From Patescibacteria group bacterium (lineage in GTDB: Bacteria > Patescibacteriota > Microgenomatia > UBA1400 > PJMF01): DNA of 64,000 nucleotides. The translations under genes and the position numbers were made by a program. Positions within the stretch are counted from its first letter, which is position 1; each line of letters starts with the position of its first letter. Of this stretch, positions 48,677 to 57,606 are shown one piece after another. Location of the stretch: positions 3,271 to 67,270 of the forward strand of contig BOKR01000001.1 of the NCBI GenBank assembly GCA_016861085.1. The letters are read 5' to 3'. The notes under the pieces are model-generated. The model saw only the letters and a list, made by a program, of their open reading frames with translations, had not been told where the DNA came from and did no database searches.

Positions 48677-49627
48677 ATGCAACTTGTAATCTCTGGTTCA
48701 ATGTCTGTTGATCAAATTATGATTTTTGGTGGTACGTTTGAAAGTCTAATACAACCAGAAAAACTACATGTATTATCGATTGCGCCATTAGTTGATAAAC
48801 TCAAGCGAACTAGAGGGGGAACTGCAGGGAACATTGCATACTCGTTGGCTCTATTGGGTGAAAAACCAGTACTTTTAGCCTCTGTTGGTTCAGAGTCACA
48901 GGAGTACATTGATGATTTGCAAAAAATTGGAGTTGATACAACTTACGTACATTTTTCGAAATTACATACAGCTACATTCAGTGTATTAACAGACAAAAAT
49001 AATTGCCAGGTTGGTGGTTTCTACCCTGGAGCAATGAGTGATGCTACCACATTGACCCTAAAGAAATTTGAGAATAGAGATATTTTGATGGTTATTTCAG
49101 CGCATGATCCACAAGGAATGGCTACTCAAATTTCAGAATGCAAAAGACTGCATAAAAGATTTTTATTTGATCCTGGACAACAATCGCTTATTTTGTCAAA
49201 GGCAGTGTTGCAAGAGGGGATTAAGAGAGCAGAAATAGTAATTGTGAATGACTATGAGATGGGTTTACTCGTCAAGAGAACAGGGTGGAGTCAGAAAGAA
49301 ATTGTAGGTAAGCTAAAGGTTTGTATAGTGACACTCGGTGAGAAGGGCTCAAAGATTTGGGTTGAAGGAAAACTAAAACGAGTACCTGCAGTTATACTTC
49401 CTGCTGAAGAAGTTGTGGATCCAACAGGAGCAGGCGATGCCTTCAGAGCAGGGTTTTTGTATGGATACGTCAGGGATTGGGAGGTTGCAACATGCGCAAA
49501 ACTCGGGTCAGTCATTGCTTCATTTGTAGTTGCTTGTCACGGCACTCAGGAACACTCTATAAATTGGGAGCAAATAAAAAAAAGATATGAGGAAACGTAT
49601 AAAGAGTCATTAGAAGGAGTGGTATGA
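48677..49627 (+). CDS. PfkB-family kinase, probable adenosine kinase
   Basis: [40 protein letters not shown]. 4-bp overlap with ahcY. Confidence 0.85.
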   Translation: MQLVISGSMSVDQIMIFGGTFESLIQPEKLHVLSIAPLVDKLKRTRGGTAGNIAYSLALLGEKPVLLASVGSESQEYIDDLQKIGVDTTYVHFSKLHTATFSVLTDKNNCQVGGFYPGAMSDATTLTLKKFENRDILMVISAHDPQGMATQISECKRLHKRFLFDPGQQSLILSKAVLQEGIKRAEIVIVNDYEMGLLVKRTGWSQKEIVGKLKVCIVTLGEKGSKIWVEGKLKRVPAVILPAEEVVDPTGAGDAFRAGFLYGYVRDWEVATCAKLGSVIASFVVACHGTQEHSINWEQIKKRYEETYKESLEGVV

Positions 49628-50928
49628 AGAATGATTATAAAGTTAAGGATATTTCACTTGCTGGTTGGGGAAGAACTGAAATTAAACTAGCTGAAAAAGA
49701 AATGCCCGGGTTAATGGCACTCAGAAGTGAATATGCAGGTAAAAAGCCGCTGAAAGGTGCAAGAATTGCAGGGTCATTACATATGACCATTCAAACTGCT
49801 GTTTTGATCGAAACACTGATTGATTTGGGGGCACAAGTTCGTTGGGCTTCTTGTAATATTTTTTCGACTCAAGATCATGCTGCTGCTGCGATTGCTAAGG
49901 CTGGAATTCCAGTTTTTGCCTGGAAAGGCGAAACGGAAAAGGAGTATTGGTGGTGTACTGATCAAACACTTGAATTCAAAGATAAAAAAGGGAACGTTAT
50001 TGGTCCAAATATGTTACTTGATGATGGTGGAGATTTAACTCAAAGAGTGCATGCTCAATTTCCACAGTATCTTGAACAAATAAAAGGTGTTTCTGAAGAG
50101 ACTACTACAGGAGTGCATCACTTGTACAAAATGTTAAAAGATGGCGAGCTTAAGATTCCGGCCATTAACGTGAATGATTCGGTGACAAAATCAAAATTCG
50201 ATAATTTATATGGGTGTCGTGAATCATTGGTTGACGGAATTAGAAGAGCAACAGATGTTATGCTTGCCGGTAAAGTTGCTTTTGTGGCAGGATTTGGTGA
50301 TGTTGGCAAGGGCAGTGCTCAGTCGTTGCGAAATAACGGAGCTCGGGTAATAATCGGAGAAATTGATCCAATTTGTGCTTTGCAAGCAGCAATGGAAGGC
50401 TACGAAGTCAAGAGAATCGAGGATGTCATCAAAGAAGTTGATGTTTTTGTAACCGCAACAGGATGTAAAGACATTATCACAATTCAACACATGGAGAAAA
50501 TGAAGGACACTGCTATTGTTTGTAATATTGGTCACTTTGATGTGGAAATTCAGGTTGCTCAGCTGAATGCATATAAAGGGATTAAAAAAGAACAGGTTAA
50601 GCCACAAGTTGATCTGTACACATTCCCAGATGGGCACAGAATTATTCTGTTGGCTGAAGGCAGATTGGTGAACCTTGGGTGTGCTATGGGGCACCCTTCA
50701 TTTGTGATGTCTAACTCATTTACTAATCAGGTTTTAGCCCAAATTGAGTTGTTTACCAAGCAGTACGAGATTGGTGTGTATTTCTTGCCAAAGCACCTCG
50801 ATGAAAAGGTAGCATCGCTGCACCTGGAGCAAATTGGTGTCAAATTAACCAAACTGACCAAAGATCAGGCAGAATATCTGGGAGTGAATAAATCTGGACC
50901 GTTTAAGTCAGACCATTACAGATATTAA
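49624..50928 (+). CDS. ahcY: Adenosylhomocysteinase
   Basis: [42 protein letters not shown]. Confidence 0.98.
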   Translation: MKNDYKVKDISLAGWGRTEIKLAEKEMPGLMALRSEYAGKKPLKGARIAGSLHMTIQTAVLIETLIDLGAQVRWASCNIFSTQDHAAAAIAKAGIPVFAWKGETEKEYWWCTDQTLEFKDKKGNVIGPNMLLDDGGDLTQRVHAQFPQYLEQIKGVSEETTTGVHHLYKMLKDGELKIPAINVNDSVTKSKFDNLYGCRESLVDGIRRATDVMLAGKVAFVAGFGDVGKGSAQSLRNNGARVIIGEIDPICALQAAMEGYEVKRIEDVIKEVDVFVTATGCKDIITIQHMEKMKDTAIVCNIGHFDVEIQVAQLNAYKGIKKEQVKPQVDLYTFPDGHRIILLAEGRLVNLGCAMGHPSFVMSNSFTNQVLAQIELFTKQYEIGVYFLPKHLDEKVASLHLEQIGVKLTKLTKDQAEYLGVNKSGPFKSDHYRY

Positions 50929-50949
50929 TCTTTGTTTTTTTTGATAAAT

Positions 50950-50976
50950 AAAAGACCCCGCCAAGGCGGGGTCTTT
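50950..50976. terminator. Bidirectional terminator between ahcY and rplL
   Basis: AAAGACCCCGC-CAAG-GCGGGGTCTTT perfect inverted repeat. Confidence 0.8.
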
Positions 50977-51016
50977 CTAAATCAATCGAAAATTTGATTG
51001 TGTGCCTTACGGCATA

Positions 51017-51060
51017 TTTCGTACCAGCAGAATTTTTTAACAAAAATTCTGGGTCCGAAA
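51017..51060 (-). repeat. Hairpin element, copy 3 (divergent inner stem)
   Basis: Minus strand reads TTTCGGACC-CAGAATTTTT-GTTA-AAAAATTCTG-CT-GGTACGAAA, directly after the rplL stop. Confidence 0.75.
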
Positions 51061-51062
51061 GA

Positions 51063-51464
51063 TTATTTTAATTCAACAACACAACCTGCTGCTTCGAGAT
51101 CTTTCTTTGCTTGTTCAGCAACTTCTTTCTTAGCACCTTCCAAAACTGTTTTTGGAGCTGATTCTACGAAAGTTTTAGCTTCACCTAAACCAAGTTCTGG
51201 TTTGAGGGTTCTAACAGCCTTAATAGCACCGATTTTGTTTGAACCTGCATCTTTGAGGATGACATCAAACTCAGTTTGCTCTTCAGCTGGAGCTGCTGCT
51301 GCGGCTGCTGGCATAGCACCCATCATCATAGGAGCTGCTGCGGTAACACCGAATTCTGATTCGAGTGCTTTTACTAATTCTGAGACTTCCATTAAAGAGA
51401 GTTCTTTAATTGCGTCTACCAATTTTTGCACTTTTGGAGAAAGTGCTTTGTTTTCATCTGACAT
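51063..51464 (-). CDS. rplL: 50S ribosomal protein L7/L12
   Basis: [33 protein letters not shown]. Confidence 0.98.
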   Translation of the reverse strand: MSDENKALSPKVQKLVDAIKELSLMEVSELVKALESEFGVTAAAPMMMGAMPAAAAAAPAEEQTEFDVILKDAGSNKIGAIKAVRTLKPELGLGEAKTFVESAPKTVLEGAKKEVAEQAKKDLEAAGCVVELK

Positions 51465-51535
51465 GTGAGTCCTTTCTTATTATTAAACTGTTGTCAAATT
51501 TATACTATGCCAATTGCATGGCGGCTGGTTTATTT

Positions 51536-52045
51536 TTAGGCTGCCTGTTTGTCGGCGATAGCCTTAAGAGCATAAACCAAGTCTCTTTGATTTGCTTTAA
51601 GAACGTTGACCATTCCTGTAGCAGGAGCTTGAAGGGTTCTGATAAGCATAGCGATAAGTTCGTTTTTGCCTGGAAGTTTGCTGAGAGCCTCAACTTGTGC
51701 AGGTGAGAGAACAGCATCATCCATGAATCCTTCTTTAATTGTTAACTTTTCTGAATCCTTTTGAAAAGCGAATAAAGCCTTAATGGCTGCAACTTCGTCT
51801 TGATTTGAAAAGACGACTGCGTTCATTCCCTCTAGAGATTGAGAAAGTTTGCCTTTACCAATAGCAATGTCGATTAATGTATTTTTGGTAACAAGAACTT
51901 CACCGCCAGCATCAGCAACTGCTTGTCTGAATTTGACTTGGTCATTTGCACTTGTTCCGGAATAATCAACGATTGCCAATGATTTAGCCTGGGCGATTTT
52001 GTCTTTTAAGACTTCGACCATTTTTTGATTTTTTTGGTTTGGCAT
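51536..52045 (-). CDS. rplJ: 50S ribosomal protein L10
   Basis: [21 protein letters not shown]. Upstream of rplL. Confidence 0.95.
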   Translation of the reverse strand: MPNQKNQKMVEVLKDKIAQAKSLAIVDYSGTSANDQVKFRQAVADAGGEVLVTKNTLIDIAIGKGKLSQSLEGMNAVVFSNQDEVAAIKALFAFQKDSEKLTIKEGFMDDAVLSPAQVEALSKLPGKNELIAMLIRTLQAPATGMVNVLKANQRDLVYALKAIADKQAA

Positions 52046-52119
52046 AGTCTTTCCTGAAGAACTACTACTTAATACAATTTTCTTTTTTTGTATCAGCCAA
52101 AGTTTTGTGAGGGGGGAGA

Positions 52120-52255
52120 ATGCTTAAATTTTTTTTGCACTATGCGGAGCGAATAATCACAAAATCCGCGCTTAAAAAATTTAGTTTTGTATCTCAGCCT
52201 CGGCGTGACTTACTGTTGCTTACGCAACGTGCGCGCTGTCTTTGGTTGACAAGAA
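52120..52255 (-). promoter_or_regulatory. Ribosomal protein L10 leader RNA
   Basis: Minus strand ACCAAAGACAGCG...CGCCGAGG resembles the AGAC.G/CCGAGG kink-turn core of the L10 leader, upstream of rplJ. Boundaries approximate. Confidence 0.65.
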
Positions 52256-52308
52256 ACTATTATAACATGGAAATGCTTATTTGCAATATATCAGGGGTAG
52301 TTCGAGAT

Positions 52309-52968
52309 CTATGCAGGTGAGAGTGCGACACCAAACTGTGTTTGAGGAAAACGAACCGGTCTTTGCTGTGTTTTTTTGCTATTAGTACTAATAATAGAGA
52401 AAACTAAACTCTGGGGAATTGCGTCTTTAGTTGTGCCAAGTACGTAGAGAGAAATGTCAGTATCTACATATGTTGGGATTTTTTGGTTGTTCGGTAAATT
52501 ATACAAGCGCGTAAGGTAATTTAAAAGGGCGCTGGGTGATACCTTAATTGCTTTATTAAAGACTTCGCCTCTATATTTCATGTGATTCACAAAATTATGT
52601 GGTCCATCGTATCCAATATACCGTATTGGTGAAGCATCTGAACCAATTAAGTCTATCGGAAGGTATTCGCGCATGTTTGATAGTAGTTGAGTATCAGTAT
52701 TACTAAGCCTGAGTTCAACTCTGAGTTCTCCAGAACCTGTTGTTGTAGCCACAGAGCGTATCAGTTGCAGTAGTTTATTAACAACACCGACATTTTTGAG
52801 TGAAACTTCAGCTGCCCGTTTGAGTTTTTTACCTCTTGAAGTTTTGTCAACTTTTGAGAGGTCCAATTTTCTAAACAAGTGTTGTAACAAAATGCTTTGA
52901 GTTTGATTTACCTCTATGTCATGAGTGCGGATTGGCTGTTCTTCTTTCCCAAGTTTTCTTTTTAGCAT
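52309..52968 (-). CDS. Hypothetical basic protein
   Basis: 219-aa ORF with no recognised motif. Confidence 0.55.
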   Translation of the reverse strand: MLKRKLGKEEQPIRTHDIEVNQTQSILLQHLFRKLDLSKVDKTSRGKKLKRAAEVSLKNVGVVNKLLQLIRSVATTTGSGELRVELRLSNTDTQLLSNMREYLPIDLIGSDASPIRYIGYDGPHNFVNHMKYRGEVFNKAIKVSPSALLNYLTRLYNLPNNQKIPTYVDTDISLYVLGTTKDAIPQSLVFSIISTNSKKTQQRPVRFPQTQFGVALSPA

Positions 52969-53051
52969 GATATGGTTATTTTAACAGAAATTTTTGTAAG
53001 TAATTATTAAGTATTGCATTCTGTTTTAGTTTGAGTTAGAGTATATCTCTA

Positions 53052-53135
53052 ATGTTAAGTAATTATTGGCTTACCAGCAATCATACTTGCCACTTCCAAA
53101 TTAAGATGGGAGAGGTTTGTGTAGTCGCAAGGTAA
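53052..53135 (+). CDS. Possible leader peptide MLSNYWLTSNHTCHFQIKMGEVCVVAR
   Basis: Follows TTGCAT-17 nt-TAGAGT and overlaps an antiterminator arm for the terminator at 53164-53191. Confidence 0.35.
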   Translation: MLSNYWLTSNHTCHFQIKMGEVCVVAR

Positions 53136-53163
53136 AACAATAAAATTACATAACAGCGCGCAC

Positions 53164-53191
53164 AACCTCTCAAGCACACGAGAGGTTTTTT
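53164..53191 (+). terminator. Terminator with alternative antiterminator pairing
   Basis: AACCTCTC-AAGCACAC-GAGAGGTT then T4. The 5' arm is also complementary to GAGAGGTT at 53110-53117. Confidence 0.65.
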
Positions 53192-53384
53192 AACATCTTA
53201 AAGAGTGTTTTTTTGTAAGTGTCTTTGTCACTTTAGAGTGAATAGATGCGTAATGGTTCTAGGCCAGAGCCCAAAAGAAAAAAGCTAAGGTATTAAAAGC
53301 TATAGTTTTCTGAAACGGAAAAGCACTCATACGGATGAAAATAATAGTAATAAGTGTGCAAGAAAGCAAACAGGAGGTGTTTGT

Positions 53385-53564
53385 ATGAAATTAGAAGAAA
53401 CTTCTGCCCCCTATAGCAGAGAAACCTTAGCACGATTGGCAAAGATGCTTGAGAAGTACGAGGTTCTTCCTTGGCTTAATCCAGCTACTAATGCCATTAG
53501 CATTAAGGATTTTAGTTTTATGCAACATCGTCCCTTTATGCAAGTATTTTTTCCTCAAGAATAG
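53385..53564 (+). CDS. Small hypothetical protein (59 aa, MKLEETSAPY...VFFPQE)
   Basis: Perfect AGGAGGT Shine-Dalgarno 6 nt before the ATG. Below the ORF-track cutoff. Confidence 0.6.
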   Translation: MKLEETSAPYSRETLARLAKMLEKYEVLPWLNPATNAISIKDFSFMQHRPFMQVFFPQE

Positions 53565-53584
53565 GTCATGGTATAATCCACGTG

Positions 53585-53635
53585 ATGCATAAAGTATTGA
53601 TCGTAACCACCACTACAACTACAATCCCTGTTTAG
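53585..53635 (+). CDS. thrS leader peptide MHKVLIVTTTTTTIPV
   Basis: Six tandem Thr codons (ACC ACC ACT ACA ACT ACA), ATG 7 nt after TGGTATAAT, terminator downstream. Confidence 0.9.
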   Translation: MHKVLIVTTTTTTIPV

Positions 53636-53667
53636 GGTGTGGTTAGTAGTGTTTAAAGTAAATCACG

Positions 53668-53694
53668 AAAGCTCCCCTAAACGGGGAGCTTTTT
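53668..53694 (+). terminator. Attenuator terminator upstream of thrS
   Basis: AAAGCTCCCC-TAAAC-GGGGAGCTTTTT. CCCTAAAC can alternatively pair with GTTTAGGG (53630-53637). Confidence 0.85.
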
Positions 53695-53695
53695 C

Positions 53696-53740
53696 TTTCG
53701 GAGCCGACCTTTTTCGTTAGAAAAAGTCGTAGCTACGAAA
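53696..53740 (+). repeat. 45-nt hairpin element, copy 2
   Basis: TTTCGGAGCCGACCTTTTTCGTTAGAAAAAGTCGTAGCTACGAAA. Confidence 0.85.
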
Positions 53741-53806
53741 TATGCAAAGCAACGCTATGCTTAGGACGATATACTATATAATAAGTACACAAGATTAAGG
53801 AAACAC

Positions 53807-55573
53807 ATGAACGAACAACACAGTCAAGAAGAACTAGAAAAATTGAGACACTCAGCTGCTCATTTATTGGCAGCAGCAGTAATGGAATTGTACCCAGAGG
53901 CAAAACCAACAATTGGCCCAGCCACAGATGAAGGCTTTTATTATGACTTTGATTTTGGTTCAGCACCAATTAACGAGGATAGTTTAGTCGAAATCGAAAA
54001 GAAAATGCGTTTTTTGGTTAAAAACTGGGGAGCATTTGAGCGCCAAGAAGTCAGCGCTGAGGTGGCATTACAAAACTACAGATACAACTCATACAAGACA
54101 GAGCTTATTGATGAGATTGTCCAATCTGGTGAAGTCCTTACTTTGTACAAGTCAGGGAATTTTGTTGATTTATGTCGTGGAGGTCATATAGAAAAACCAT
54201 CTGTGAATCTCAAATATTTTAAATTACTTTCACTAGCGGGTGCATATTGGCGTGGAAGTGAACGAAATAAGATGCTTACTCGCATTTATGGCACAGCATT
54301 TTTCTCTCAACAAGAACTTGATGAGTACCTAAAAATGAAAGCTGAAGCCAAAGAGCGAGATCATAGAAAACTTGGAAAAGAATTGGGCTTGTTTGTCTTT
54401 TCTGACACTGTTGGTAAGGGTCTACCACTGTGGACTGCAAAAGGGGCAACAATTCGTCGTGAGTTAGAACGATTTGTAGTTGATGAAGAAATCAAGCGAG
54501 GGTACCAACATGTCTATACGCCAGATATCGCAAACTTAGATTTATACAAAAAGTCTGGTCACTACCCATACTATAAAGAAAGTATGTATGCGCCAATTCA
54601 GATTGAGGAAGAAGAATATATGCTTCGGCCAATGACGTGTCCGCATCATTTTGAGCTCTATAACGCGCATCCTCATTCATATAAAGAGCTACCTATGCGT
54701 ATTGCCGAACTTGCGAAGTTGTATCGATTTGAAAAGTCAGGAGAACTCACTGGTTTAATTCGAGTACGCAGTTTTTGTTTGGCAGACTCACACATCGTCT
54801 GTATGAAATCACAAGCAAAGTCAGAAATTAACGGCGTTTTGGATTTGATAGAGTACATGGCCCAAACATTTGGATTACAGCCAGGAGTTGATTTATCTTA
54901 TCGCTTATCGCTTGGTGATAGGGCAGACGATAAAAAATATTTCAAAGATGATGCCTCTTGGGATTTCGCAGAAGATGCATTGCGCCAAGTGTTGCAGGAG
55001 AGAGGCTCAAAATTTGTTGAAGCAGAAAAAGAGGCAGCTTTTTATGGTCCAAAGATTGATGTGCAAATGCGAAATGTGAATGGTAAAGAGGATACTGCTT
55101 TCACGGTTCAGTATGATTTTGTGATGCCACAGCGATTTGATTTGCAGTATGTAAATGAGAATGGTGCAGTTGAGCAACCAGTTGTTATTCATCGCTCATC
55201 TATTGGTGCAATTGAAAGGACAATAGCATTTTTGATCGAAACATTTTCTGGAAAATTCCCAGTTTGGCTCGCTCCTGTCCAGGTTAAAATACTTCCTATA
55301 TCAGATAAATATCTTGATTATGCACAAGAAGTATATTCACAACTGCTTCGGGAAAATATTAGGGTAGAGTTAGACAATCGCTCAGAGCGCTTACAAGCAA
55401 AGATTCGTGATGCTCAAATGGAAAAAGTGCCATACATGTTAGTTGTCGGGGAACAAGAAGTTGCCGATAAGACTGTCGCGGTTAGAAGTAGAGATACTAA
55501 AGAACAAAACGTTGTGTCGATCACTGATTTTCTTGCAAACATAAAGTCTGAGATTCAAGAACGAAAGCTATAG
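53807..55573 (+). CDS. thrS: Threonine--tRNA ligase (short form without TGS domain)
   Basis: RHSAAHLLA, DLCRGGH, GAYWRG, RDHRKLG, PMTCPHH, AFYGPKID, FPVWLAPVQV. Confidence 0.98.
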   Translation: MNEQHSQEELEKLRHSAAHLLAAAVMELYPEAKPTIGPATDEGFYYDFDFGSAPINEDSLVEIEKKMRFLVKNWGAFERQEVSAEVALQNYRYNSYKTELIDEIVQSGEVLTLYKSGNFVDLCRGGHIEKPSVNLKYFKLLSLAGAYWRGSERNKMLTRIYGTAFFSQQELDEYLKMKAEAKERDHRKLGKELGLFVFSDTVGKGLPLWTAKGATIRRELERFVVDEEIKRGYQHVYTPDIANLDLYKKSGHYPYYKESMYAPIQIEEEEYMLRPMTCPHHFELYNAHPHSYKELPMRIAELAKLYRFEKSGELTGLIRVRSFCLADSHIVCMKSQAKSEINGVLDLIEYMAQTFGLQPGVDLSYRLSLGDRADDKKYFKDDASWDFAEDALRQVLQERGSKFVEAEKEAAFYGPKIDVQMRNVNGKEDTAFTVQYDFVMPQRFDLQYVNENGAVEQPVVIHRSSIGAIERTIAFLIETFSGKFPVWLAPVQVKILPISDKYLDYAQEVYSQLLRENIRVELDNRSERLQAKIRDAQMEKVPYMLVVGEQEVADKTVAVRSRDTKEQNVVSITDFLANIKSEIQERKL

Positions 55574-55601
55574 TAATCTTCATTATCGCTTTCCCAAAAA
55601 A

Positions 55602-57554
55602 TTAAGAAGAAAATGATTTAGGAATCTCTACATGGAATGTATTGCCAACAGTAGGATTGGGCTCGTACCAAATCTTGCCTTTTAGCTGTTCTAGTAGTAA
55701 TTTAGTGAGGTATAAAGAAAGTCCTAATCCTTCTGGATTCATTTTAATTGCTTCTTTTCCTCTGTATAAGTTGGTAAATAGTTTGCCTTGAACCTCGTCA
55801 GGGATTTTTTTGGCAGAATCCGAAACACTCACGATGACACTATTTGGCTGATCTGAAGCAGTTATTGTGATTTTTCCGCCTTGCTCAGAATACTGTACCG
55901 CATTTGAGATTAAAGCATGAAGGATAATTCCAACAGCATTCTTATCATGTTTAAGAGTTTTAGGTTCTGAATACTTTTTTAGTACACTCAATTTTTTTAC
56001 CTCAATTTTATTAATAAATTCTTTTGAGATTGTTTCGATGAGTTCAGGGAGCGAAAATTCTTCAGGATTGATTGGAAATAGCCCTGTCTCTATTTCAGAG
56101 ACATCTGAAAGGGTATTGGCAAGGGTAATCATTCTTTTGATTTGAGATTCAAAGATATTCCAAATCTCTCTTTCTTGGGTAGTGAGAATTTTGGTAACTT
56201 TGGGGGAGAGAAGTTCAACTGCCCAACGCATTGCCCCAGGGGGGGTGCGAAGCTGATGCTGGACTAGGGCGATAAACTCTTTTTTTGCTTTTTGAAGTTG
56301 GTGTTCTTCAGTGATATCTATAGCGAGCACAACAACTTTCTCAACGAGAGTATCACGCTTAATTGGAGTGGCAATCATTCTAAAAATATGGCTGCCAATT
56401 GAAGCTTCATATTTGACTTCTTGGCCTTGAATTGCAAGCCTTATATTTTTGGTGATCTCTTGGTTGTCTTTATAGAGTTCAAAAATTGAGGAGCCAGTGA
56501 GTTTATTTGGATCATCAATGACATCTCTAACTGATTTTCCTGCCGCGAACAATACTATACCATTTGTATCGATCTCAGAGAGAATTACAGGAACATTATC
56601 AATTACTTTGCTAAAATATCGCTCTTTTTCAGCTAGTTGTCCAAGGGCTGTTCTGCGAGCGGTACGTAAGGATAGTATTAAGATCCAAGAAATTAGAATG
56701 AAGAGAATACCGCCAATAATTGTTGGAAGTACCCAAGGTGGTACAACTTCAATTCTTGTTACAAGTGAGGATAACCCATACTTTCGTAGCATCCCTTCGA
56801 ATGTTTTTTCTTGGTCATTTTTCATTATTCTTATCCAAGTATCAATTTTTTCTCTGAGGTAACTACTGTTTACAGCATTCCTTGTAAAGGCAAATCGTAA
56901 CTCAGTCGGACTGAAAATAACGTCTGATGCCTTAATATTTTTGTATTTTTTTTCTGCTTCAAGCCCGCTAATTCTGCTCACAATTGCTGCATCAACTTCT
57001 CCATTCTCGAGGAGAGTAAAGACTTCATCATACTGCTCTTTTTCTACAAAGCGTATGTCTAGCTCAAAGGCACCAATATATTGGTTGATACCGGCAGGTC
57101 CTTCCATATAAACACTAGACCTTAAAATTGCGACATCTTTTCCGCTTAAATCTTTAAATGAATCTAAAGTCATATTTTTGTTTGTATATACGACACCCCA
57201 ACTGCTCAGAATTGTTTCATTTGAAAAGTCAAAAAGCAGTTCACGATCACCTGTTACGGCCACATCAACGGCGATATCAATTTCTCCAGATTCAAGTTGT
57301 TGTAAATTTTGTTCGAAAGTGCCAGGTACAAATACTAATTCCCAGTTTTCTTTTTCAGCAATATAGATAAGGACGTCGGCAAACAGACCGGAAACTTGGC
57401 CGTCAGAGGTGACAGAAATTTTGGGGGGATTATGATAAACACCAACTTTGACAATTCTTTTTTCTTGAGCAAATGTGGGTTTCACACATATAAAAAGGGC
57501 AGTAATCAGGATAAATATGCTGAAAAAAAGACGGTGAGTTAAAAAATTGCGCAT
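55602..57554 (-). CDS. Sensor histidine kinase with extracellular solute-binding (family 3) and PAS domains
   Basis: LQQLESGEIDI/LLENGEVDAAI SBP motifs, TM, PAS-like region, HQLRTP, LISNAVQYS, GLGLSL. Confidence 0.88.
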   Translation of the reverse strand: MRNFLTHRLFFSIFILITALFICVKPTFAQEKRIVKVGVYHNPPKISVTSDGQVSGLFADVLIYIAEKENWELVFVPGTFEQNLQQLESGEIDIAVDVAVTGDRELLFDFSNETILSSWGVVYTNKNMTLDSFKDLSGKDVAILRSSVYMEGPAGINQYIGAFELDIRFVEKEQYDEVFTLLENGEVDAAIVSRISGLEAEKKYKNIKASDVIFSPTELRFAFTRNAVNSSYLREKIDTWIRIMKNDQEKTFEGMLRKYGLSSLVTRIEVVPPWVLPTIIGGILFILISWILILSLRTARRTALGQLAEKERYFSKVIDNVPVILSEIDTNGIVLFAAGKSVRDVIDDPNKLTGSSIFELYKDNQEITKNIRLAIQGQEVKYEASIGSHIFRMIATPIKRDTLVEKVVVLAIDITEEHQLQKAKKEFIALVQHQLRTPPGAMRWAVELLSPKVTKILTTQEREIWNIFESQIKRMITLANTLSDVSEIETGLFPINPEEFSLPELIETISKEFINKIEVKKLSVLKKYSEPKTLKHDKNAVGIILHALISNAVQYSEQGGKITITASDQPNSVIVSVSDSAKKIPDEVQGKLFTNLYRGKEAIKMNPEGLGLSLYLTKLLLEQLKGKIWYEPNPTVGNTFHVEIPKSFSS

Positions 57555-57606
57555 AACACCAAACTTTTGTTAATAAAGTAATAATAGCAGAAATTACTTA
57601 TTTAGT

